A stretch of 44,293 nt of DNA from Parvularia atlantis (Eukaryota). The position numbers were made by a program, and so were the translations under genes. Shown in pieces: positions 35,208-44,293 of the stretch. Position 1 is the stretch's first letter. Every line of letters starts with the position of its first letter. Below the pieces are notes generated by a model. That model made no database searches and was not told the DNA's origin. It worked only from the letters and a program-made list of their open reading frames with translations. The stretch covers positions 1 through 44,293 of the forward strand of contig CALSCO010000912.1 of assembly GCA_943704415.1 (NCBI GenBank). The letters are read 5' to 3'.

Positions 35208-35252
35208 GGTCACGATCGCGCGATCGTGACCGGCGCGATCGTGACCGGCGCG
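35208..35252. repeat. 24-bp perfect palindrome overlapping a 15-bp tandem repeat
   Basis: GGTCACGATCGCGCGATCGTGACC at 35208-35231; GCGCGATCGTGACCG twice at 35218-35247. Confidence 0.85.
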
Positions 35253-35433
35253 CTCGGGCGAGCTCTTGCGACAGCCGCAGCAGAGCACACGTCGCTGGGC
35301 CACAGTCAAGCGCCTGGTCGAGTGCTTGCGCCATCGCCGCGCTTGAGTTACCGTCTGTTCTTAACAGTGCGTTTCATTGGTCACGCCCCAGCGACTGGCA
35401 TTCAATGCTACTGCACATGTGAACTCATTGCTC

Positions 35434-37759
35434 TCACGAACTCACGCGGAGGCGCGGCGCGAGCGGGAAGACGAGCGTCTGGATCTCGGGCGGGAGGCAG
35501 CGCCCCTGACACAGCGTATGCGCGTCAGCGTCAGTTGCGCGGCGCGGCCGGCACGCACCGTGGCCAGCTCCGGGTGGCGCTGCACCGTGCGCACGCACAG
35601 GTTCACGAGTGACGGCACGCCTGCCTGCTCGTAGAGTCGGATGGCCAGCGGCATTGCCACCAAGAGATCGTGCCCGTCGGGGCGGAATGCGAGGCCGTTG
35701 ATCTCCTGTGACACGTGCAGTACCTGCGAGCGTGTGCCGTGTGAGACGCACAGCACCGCCGAGGGGCGCGCACGCACCTGTCGCTCGTCAGTCGCGACGT
35801 CGTACACGTGCACGCACAGCGAGCGCATCGAGAACACCAGCAGATTCTCGGCCACGGGCGAGAACGCGACGGCGTATGTCGGCCCTGGCACGGTCGCGCG
35901 CGTCTCAGCCTCGTCACGCACGACGAAGGCACGCACCGCCCGCGTCGATCTTGCGCACGACGGTGCGCTGCGCCGCGTCGACCACGTTGACGTAGCGGCC
36001 TGTGTCGGTCGTGACCGCGACGTGCTTGCTGTCGCGGCTCCAAGCGACGTACTGGCACGTTGTCTCGCTCTCGCGCCGCGCGTTCTCGTCGGCCAAGACT
36101 ATGCCGAGTCAGACCGCAGCAGCCACAGCATGCGCAACGCACCGAGAGGCACGCGTTCGGGCGTCCCGAACGTCATTTGCGCGGCGCCGGTCTCCGGGTG
36201 GCGGCCTGGCGTGACGGGAGTCAGGTACAGGTCGCTCCCGTCGCCGACGGACGCCAGCAGCGAGCCGTCAGGCGCAATCTGTCCGACCGAGCGCGTGAGT
36301 GACGCAAAGAGGGTGGGCAAGCGGCGGCGCGTACGCGTGTGTCGTTCATGCGCACGTGGTAGCCGCGAATGACGTGGTGCTCCTCGAGGCTCGGGAAAGA
36401 CAGGACTGCGCATGGCGCACACGTATCAGCCGTACCGCATACGCCGCACCGCGCGCGCACGCCGCACCCTTGACCGTGCGGTCGTTGCACGACAGCACGA
36501 CGCGCAGGGTCTCGCCGTCGAGGTCGACGATGATGTCGACGCTGTTGTTCATCGTGCGCGACACGCGGCGTGTCACCGTCGCGGGCGCGTCCTGCGAGCT
36601 GTGCGTCGTACGCGCGTCAGCACCTAGCACCTTCTGGCCCGACCGACGCGCGCACTTGGTGTTGATGCACATCATGTGCCCGTTGGCCGACGCGACAACG
36701 ACCCAACCGTACTTGACCGTCATGCAGATCGGGCGGAAGCGCAGGCGCGCCACGACGGACTGCGCGGGGGGGGGGGGGGGGGGGATCAGGCGTGCGGTGC
36801 GGGCACGCAACCGTCCAGACACGCACCGCCGCCGCGCCAAACTCGGGCGCCTTTATCACGTTGAAGCCCTGCACAAAGTAGACGTCCGAGTTGGTCGGGC
36901 AGCACAGGGCGTTGGCGCACTGGAAGTGGTGTGCGCTCGTGCGAGCGGCCATCTCGTTGTTGCGCGCGCGGCACTGGAGCAGCACCTTGCGCTTGCCCGC
37001 GCGCACGGCCGCGTCCTCGATCTCGTCAACGCCGGCGGACAGGCGCGCACTGTGCACGTGGGTCAGCGCAGCCACAGCGCAACGACGCTCGACCGGTGGC
37101 ACGCACGCAAACACGTTGGCCATGACGTCGTGCAAGCTGTCGATGGGTGGTCTGACCGGCGGTGCCGCGGCCGGCCGGCGCACGCCGTGGAAGCGCTGCG
37201 GCGGCAGTGGCGGCGTCGGCAGCGGCTCATCCCGCGGTGCGGGCGGCGGCGTGGGCGCGTGGTCCATCGCATCGTCGTCCTCCGCGCTGCTTTCGCTTGC
37301 CCGCGCCGCCGCCGCCGCTGCCTCGGCCTCGCCACGAGCTGGGCGCGCCGTCTCGGTCTCGCCCTGCATCGCCGCAGCCTCGTCCTCGTCGTCCTCGTCC
37401 TCGTCCTCCCCGTCCAGCCACGCGTCGTCGTCGTCATCGTCGTCGTCGTCATCGTCGTCGTCGTCGAACTCCTCGTCGACCCAGTCTGCGTCGTCGCCGT
37501 TGTCGTCGGTCCATTCCTCGTCCTCGTCCTCGTCGTCCTCGTCCATCGCGTCGCCCTCGTCCCAGTCGACATAGGTCGCGTCCATCTCGTCGTCGTCGTC
37601 CTCGTCGTCGCCCTCGTCATCGCCCTCGCCCCGCTGCAGCCGGTTGAGCTGCCACAGCTGCGCGGCTATGTCGTGCGGCTCCATCGCCTCGAGCATCACG
37701 CGCATGATGCGCTCGATCGCCTCGGCGCGCGACGCGTCTGACGGCGCACGGTCGCCCAT
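35434..37759 (-). CDS. WD40-repeat protein with acidic N-terminus and C-terminal BC-box/SOCS-box-like motif
   Basis: Asp/Glu tract; LSCNDRTVK, IAPDGSLLASVGDG, YVAWSRDSKHVAV, AVAFSP, INGLAFRPDG; then VPSLVNLCVRTV...CLPPEIQ. Confidence 0.8.
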
Positions 37760-37788
37760 GTCAGTTGTAAGCTACTGTGACATACACG

Positions 37789-39551
37789 ATGAGGACCGTC
37801 GCATCCGGTCTGTGCGCGTTCACTCGCGCGCCCCAACGCTGACGCGGCCGTGCAGAGTTGCGCCGGCGGTTCGGCCTGGTCGCGGACGAGGCGTGCAACG
37901 TGCCGCTGAGCATCGTCGACAAGGGCGGGCGCGAGCTGCACAACCAGCCTAACCACCCGCTCGGCATGATCAAGCAACGCGTCGTGCAGAGTCTGCAGCG
38001 GAGGTGCGCGCCGCCCGCGTGGGATTCACGCAGCGCACGCGTGCGGCTGACATCGGCGCGATCGCGGCCGAGCAGCTGCGAGCGGAGAGGCCGCGCGCCG
38101 TTTGAGCTGTTTGACCAGCTCGCGCCCTTTGTCAGCGTGCGCCAGAATTTTGACGACCTGCTCGTGCCGCCCGGGCACACGTCGCGCCGGCCGAGCGACA
38201 CGTACTACGTCAGCCGCGACACGGTCCTGCGCACGCACACGTCCGCGCACCAGAGCGAGCTCATCCGCGCAGCCAGGGTACACGTGTGCGCGCCACCCAC
38301 GTGATCGCGCTGATCGCACGGAGCGCAGCGCGCCTTCCTCGTCGCCTCGGACGTGTACCGGCGCGACGAGATCGACAGCTCGCACTACCCGGTCTTTCAC
38401 CAGGTGTGGTGGCGGTGGCGGCGCTGAGCGGGCGCCCGCTCAGCAGATCGCAGATGGAGGGCGTGCGGCTGTTTGCGATCGACTCGCCCGAGGTTCAGGC
38501 GGCCGTGCGCGCCGGTGGCGGCGGCGATGGGCCCGTAGTCGACCCCACGAAGCTCGACGAGGGCGAGAAGCAGACAGGGTGCGCTTCTCTCGCTGCGCTG
38601 TGCTTGCGTGCTCATGTGCTGCCAGGCCGATCACCGGGCCGCTGCGGCCACAGCCGGCGCACCTGCCGGCCGCCGCGCGCTTCGTCGAAGACGACATGAA
38701 GCAGACGGTGGAGGACATGGCCGAGGACCTGTTTGGCAAGAACGTGCAGGTGCGGCGCGGGTGACGCAAGAGCCAGCGCGGCCCTGCTCACGTGCGCGTG
38801 CGCCGCGGGCAGATGCGCTGGGTCGACGGCTTCTTCCCGTTCACCCGCCCGTCGCTCGAGCTCGAGGTGTACTTCCAAGACCGCTGGATGGAGGTTATGG
38901 GCTGCGGCGTCGTGCAGCAGAAGATCCTCGCGAGCAACGGCGCGGGCGACTACATCGGCTGGGCGTTTGGTGCGCGCTTCTTACTCCTGCGCGCGCGGGG
39001 TGCGTGCGTCTGACCCGTCGCAGGCTTCGGGCTCGAGCGGCTTGCGCTCAAGCTGTTTGACATCCCCGACGTGCGCCTGTTCTGGAGCACGGTGCGCGCG
39101 CTTGTGCACAGAGCGACCGCGAAAGGCACGGTTGTGACGCGCGCACGCGGTCAGGACCCGCGCTTCCTGTCGCAGTTCGAGGCGGGCAAGCGCGACGTGC
39201 GCTTCGTGCCCTTCTCCAAGTACCCGCACTGCTACAAGGACATCACGTTCTGGTTGCCGCAGCGCGCGTACCATGACAACGACTTTTTCGAGGTCGTGCG
39301 CGACGTGGCCGGCGACCTGGTCGAGAACGTGCAGCTGGTGCGGCCGAGCATGCGCGCGCAAGCGTGTCGGCTCACTGAGCGCCGCGCCACAGGTGGACAC
39401 GTTCACCCACCCGAAGCGCCAGCGCAAGAGCCGGTGTTACCGCATCCTCTACCGCTCGATGGACCGCTCGCTCACGAACGACGAGATCAACGAGCTGCAG
39501 GCGCAAGTGCGGCAGCGCGTCGAGAGCGTGCTCGGCGGCGAGCTGCGGTAG
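37789..39551 (+). CDS. FARS2: Mitochondrial phenylalanyl-tRNA synthetase
   Basis: [86 protein letters not shown], and the C-terminal anticodon-binding domain [19 protein letters not shown]. Confidence 0.96.
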
Positions 39552-39612
39552 ACGGCTGTACCGCGTTCTGGCGCGCACTGCAGAAACCGGGGCACAGACC
39601 ACACGCGCGTCG

Positions 39613-41983
39613 TCACAGCCGCACGTCCATGACGCAGACCTAGGTGCGCCCGGCAGCCTGAGCACGCGGAGCAAGCAGACAGTGCGGCGTACCGTGTTGT
39701 TGGACAGGCACGCCGCGATCCTGTTGCCCGCGCTGTTCCACGACACGTCGAAGATGCCGCCGCTCCCGCGGAACGACTTGACCAGTGCGCCGTCCTGCCG
39801 CGGCGCACGCAGACTGAGCCCGAGCCGCACGCGCGAGCGCACCGCAGCCCGCGCACCTTGACCGACCACACATAGAGCATGCAGTCGAAGGACCCCGACG
39901 CGACGTAGCGGCCGTCGGGCGAGTACGCGAGCGAGTAGACCTGTGGCCGGGCGGTCAGTTGCCCCTGCGCTGCTGAAGATGCCGCACCTGCTTGCGGTGC
40001 TTGCCAAAGGTCGTGACGCACTTGCCCACGTTCGCGTCCCACAGCTTGACGGTCGTGTCGAATGAGGCGCTGCGTGGGGCACGCGCATGCGTGCGGCTCA
40101 GCGGGCGGGAGCGCACGGCGTCCTCGTTGCACGCACCTGGCCAGCTGCAGCTCCGCGGTCGGGTTCCAGCTGATCGTGTAGATCTCCTTCGTGTGCTCGG
40201 TCAGGTCGAGGACGCAGTGCTCGTTGCTCACGCGCCAGATCTGTGCGCGCACGGCTGAGCGCACCGGAGACACGCGTCGCGCGCGCACCTTGGCCGTTGA
40301 GTCGTCCGAGCACGACGCGAGCAGCTTGCCCGAGGGGTCCCACTTGACCGCGTTGACGTCGCGCTGCGTGCCGCCGCACCCGCGCCCCGTGAGCGCTGCC
40401 GAGGGCGTCACAGCCGCCGCACCTTGTGGCCCTGGAACACCTGCACCGGCTTGCTCTCGCCCAGCTGGCACACGACGATCGAGCAGTCACTCGAGCAGCT
40501 CGCGAACGAGACGTTGTCGCGCCAGTCCACGTCGAGCGTGGGCGCTGCGTGTGTGCGCGCGCGCAGGTCAGGTCAGACGCGCGACCGCCGAGCACAGTGC
40601 GCGCGCACCCGTGTGGTACTCAAACTGCTGCCGCACCTCGCCCGTCTGCGTGTCCCACATCACGGCCGTGTTGTCGACCGAGCCCGACAGCAGCGAGTCG
40701 CCAGCCTTGTTCCACTTGAGCGCGAAGATGGGGCCCTTGTGTCGCTGGAGCGTGTGCACGAGCGCGCCTGCCGTGTGCGCGGTCGCAGCATGAGGTGATG
40801 CGGCAGAACTGCGGAACGCCCGCGCACCCTTGTCATCCCATATCCTTGCGAGGCCGTCGTACGAGCCCGTCGCGAGCAGGCTGCCGGCGGGCTGCGACCG
40901 CGACGGGTGAGCGTGCGACCGCGGTGTGCGCGTGACCACGCACGTTCCAGTCCAGCGTCGTCACATCCTTCGTGTTGGGCGTGAGCGGGCGCTGCATTCC
41001 CTCGTAGTGCCGCAGCACGACCGCGGGCGCGACCGCCGACGTTGCGTTCGTGGGGCTCGTCGGCACATCCCACACCATCGCCGAGGCATCGCCGGAGCTG
41101 TGCCGCGGCGCCACCGCGCATCAGTCGACCGCTCCGCACAGCGGCGCATGACGCACCCGGACGCGAGCAGCGACCGCTGCGGGTTCCACGCGCACGTGAA
41201 CACCTGGGCGCGCAGGCGGCGCGGTCAAGCGCGATACATCGTGCACGGCCGTGCCCACACGCACCTCCGACTCATGCCCCGTGAGCACGGTCACGTCGGC
41301 CGCGACAATCTCGCCGGCCAGCGGTTGCGCGGCGGCGTGGTCGTCGTCGCCGTAAGCTGCGCGCGTGCGGTCAGCCACAAGGACCGGCTCGCGGCACCGC
41401 GACCGCACCTGCGCCGTCCTCGGTCTTGAGACGCTTCTCCTTCTTCTCGCGGCGCTCGTCGCGGCTGTCCTTGCGCTCGCGCTTGATCTCTGCAATGGGC
41501 GTGAGAGGACGCCACACGAGGGGGCGGGTGCACACCGCGCTCTCGCGCGCGCTGCCGGGCCTCGGGCGACGGCGTCGGCTTGGGCCCGAGCGCGGTCAGG
41601 AGTGTCGGCGTGTCGTCGCAGTCGACCTCGAGGCCGTCCTGGCGCGCGCGCGTGCGCATCGTCAGTCGGGCGGATCGGGCGCGCCGGGGCAGGCCGGATG
41701 GCGCGTGCCTCGGTGACGTGCCACTCGACATCGACGTACTGCAGACCCTTCTGCAGCAGCGTCACGAGCCCGCCCGGCGGCACACTGCCCGACATGACGC
41801 TGCTCTTGCCCAGGTAGCTCTCGTTCCACAGCGCGAAGGCCGAGTGCTGGAACCCTGCCCGGATGCGCGCCGCGGCGCGTGCGCGTCAGCCAGCGCCCCG
41901 GCGGCGCATCGGCGCGAGCGCGCACCTGACTCCTGCAGGTACCGGTAGACGAGGAAGTTGACCTCGTCGCTCGTGAGGCTCAT
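39613..41983 (-). CDS. TBL1: TBL1/TBL1XR1 (Ebi/Sif2) LisH-WD40 corepressor subunit
   Basis: [26 protein letters not shown] (LisH), [74 protein letters not shown]. Confidence 0.96.
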
Positions 41984-42144
41984 CGCCGTCGCCGCTGCCG
42001 CCGCTGCCGCTGCGGCGCCAGATGCGTCAGCCAAGCTGGCTATTGCCCACGCGATCTGTGTACGGCACAGGTAAATTCGGGAGCGCACGTGCGGCCGCCG
42101 TTCGCTCCTCCTCCGCCGTCACGACTCTTCTCGTCCTCGTGTCG

Positions 42145-44154
42145 ATGGCGCCGCAGCTCGAGGCCGAATCTGCGCCCGCCACGGTCGGCACAGTGCCGCA
42201 CGTGCCCGCGCTCGTCGTCTCGCACAAGCGCGCCGGCAAGAAGGCCGACGCGACGACGGCGGCAGCCCCAACGGCCGCGCCCGCCCCAACGGTCGCGGCC
42301 GAGGCGCCGCGCGCGTTCACGTGGCACGAGCTGGCGACGCACAACCGCGCCGACGACGCCTACATCGCGATCCGCGGCAAGGTGCGCCGCCCGGCCTCGT
42401 CCCTTGTGCCGCCGACGCGTGCCGCGCGCACGCGCAGGTCTACGACGTGACCCAGTGGATGCACCGGCACCCGGGCGGCCGCGACGTGTTGCTGTGCGCG
42501 GCCGGCCGCGACGTGACCAACGTGTTCGACTCGTACCACCAGCTCGCGACCGAGAAGATGCTGCAGTGCGCGCCCCTCCGCGCTCGAGTCGTCTCGTGCT
42601 GACTCCTGCTGCAGCAAATTCGAGGTCGGCGTGCTCGCGACCAACGAACTGCCCGTGTTCCCGGCCCGCAGCAAGTTCAACCTCACGCTGCGCCAGCGCG
42701 TCGAGGCGTACTTTCGCGACAACAATCTCGACCCCAAGGCACGCGCGGCCGCGCCGACTTTGCAGGTCGCGCTCCGCTGACACGGCGGACGCAGCACGCG
42801 CCGTGGATGTGGGTGCGCTACGCGTGTATCTTCAGCACCCTCGCGGTGTGCTGGTACGCGCAGCTCGTGCTCGCGCCGGTCTCGTTTGCGCTTGCGCTGC
42901 TGCCGGCGCTCGTGCTCGGCTGGTGCGGCGCGCTGGTGCGTCTGCCGGCGTCTGCTCTTCATGAAGTCATTCCGCTCACTGACTGGCTTCGCGCGCGCGC
43001 CGTTGCCGCAGATCGGCCTCATGCCCATGCACGATGGCTCGCACTTCTCGACGACGCATTCGCCGCTCGTGTGGAAGCTGCTGGGCGGCACGCACGACTT
43101 TTTCAACGGCGCCTCGTTCGTCCGCGCGCGCGCGCGCGCACGCCGCTTTGTACCGTCGCTGACCGGCGTGCCGCCCGTCCAGCTACCTCGTGTGGCTGTA
43201 CCAGCACATGCTCGGCCACCACGCCTACACCAACATCGACGGCGCCGACCCCGACATCGACTACGGCGATGGCGACATCCGGCGCATCAAGGGCAGCCAG
43301 CCGTGGTACATGCAGTACCTGTACCAGCACCTGTACGGCCCGGTCATCTACGGCCTGCTGGGCATGCGCACGCGTGCGCAAGACATCAACATCCTGCACG
43401 TGCTCAAGACCGACGGCCCGATCCGCGTCAACGAGCCGACGACGTCGCAGCTGGCCGTGTTCTGGGCCGGCAAGGTGCGGCGTGCGCCTCGTGCACAGTG
43501 GCAGCGGCTTCCCCTCATGCGGCCGTCGCGTGTGCGCGCAGGTGTTCCACGTGATCTACCGGCTCGTTGTGCCGGCGCTGTTCCTGCCGCTGTGGCAGGT
43601 CGTCGTGCTGTACGCCGTCGCCGACGCCGTCTCGTCGTACTGGCTCGCAATCCTGTTCCAGGCCAACCACGTCGTGTCCAACCTCGCCTGGCCGAAGCCA
43701 GACAAGCGCGGCGTGGTCAACATGGACTGGGCCGAGATGCAAGTACGCGCGCTGCCGCCGCACGCGTCGGCCGCTGACGTGCACGGGGCGCACGCGCACA
43801 CAGGTCGTCACGTCGCAGGACTACGCACACGGCTCGTGGTTCTGGACCGTGTTCTCGGGCTCGCTCAACTACCAGGTGCGGCGGGCTGCGCGCGTGCCCA
43901 GGTGCGGACTGAGCCGCCCGCGCAGGTCGTGCACCACCTGTTCCCGGGCATCAACCAGTTCTACTACCCGATGATTGCGCCGATCGTCATGCGCACGTGC
44001 GCCGAGTACGGCGTCCAGTACACGGTCCAAGTGCGTCTCGCGCAACAGGCGAAAATGCGCGTGTGCTGACGCGGGTGCGTGCCGTCAGAAAACGGCCGCG
44101 GCGGCCATCTGGGGCCACTTTGCGCACCTGTACACGATGGGCCGCGCGCACTGA
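42145..44154 (+). CDS. Cytochrome b5-fused front-end fatty acid desaturase, probably delta-5
   Basis: b5 domain IRGKVYDVT...HPGG; His boxes HDGSH, QHMLGHH and QVVHHLFP; YTNIDGADPDI as in Mortierella/Dictyostelium-type delta-5 desaturases. Confidence 0.93.
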
Positions 44155-44293
44155 CGCCGCTGGCTCAGCGGACGCACGATTTGCACGACAAGCGAAATGC
44201 TGTGTACGCATCAGTTACGCAGCACAGGAAAGATGAGGTCTGTACGGAGGCCGCTCCCGACAGTGCCGCTCACGCGCCGCGCCGCGCCGGCCC

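Noticed and set aside
37380..37630. (TCG/TCC)n-rich repeat region
   Set aside because: It encodes the Asp/Glu tract of the minus-strand WD40 protein.
25246..39551. Functional clustering of two aminoacyl-tRNA synthetase genes
   Set aside because: One is cytosolic and one mitochondrial, with unrelated genes between them; chance proximity is sufficient.
1..44293. Alternative genetic code or programmed frameshifts to explain broken ORFs
   Set aside because: Breaks checked in conserved genes are resolved by short GT/GC-AG introns, and TAA, TAG and TGA all serve as stops.
1..44293. Introner-like repeated introns
   Set aside because: Introns share only donor, branch-point and acceptor motifs; I saw no extended similarity between them by eye. 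An all-vs-all alignment would settle this.
1..44293. CRISPR arrays, rRNA or tRNA genes, prokaryotic operons
   Set aside because: No repeat-spacer array or recognisable structural RNA; the sequence is almost fully accounted for by spliced eukaryotic genes.

Overview
This is very GC-rich, compact eukaryotic (protist-like) DNA, not prokaryotic. About 21 protein-coding genes are interrupted by many short spliceosomal introns (about 45-90 nt; donor GTGCG[C/T]; branch point CTGAC/CTCAC; acceptor mostly CAG), so the supplied ORF track is mostly exon fragments and GC-driven shadow ORFs. Manual splicing gives, in order: an SMP+2xSTART+2xGOLD lipid-transfer protein (5'-partial), Ero1, a small basic protein, a possible SAM-like gene, cytochrome c peroxidase, a C2-C2-RasGAP, an EF-hand protein and a NIPA Mg2+ transporter. 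The NIPA gene is split by a 3.6-kb poly-C-bounded block holding a truncated quinone oxidoreductase, a GNAT-like gene and a truncated LRR gene. Downstream are a FUSC/ALMT-like transporter, a PLP aminotransferase, cytosolic IleRS, a CCCH/Cys-rich protein, a CEP192-like protein, a WD40-SOCS-box protein, mitochondrial PheRS, TBL1 and a cytochrome b5-fused front-end desaturase. The main oddities are the split NIPA gene (probably a misassembly), nine consecutive 84-nt one-repeat LRR exons, frequent GC-AG introns, divergent start codons only 29-45 nt apart, and a possible tail-anchored/soluble isoform switch in Ero1. Domain names come from motif recognition by eye; no database searches were run.
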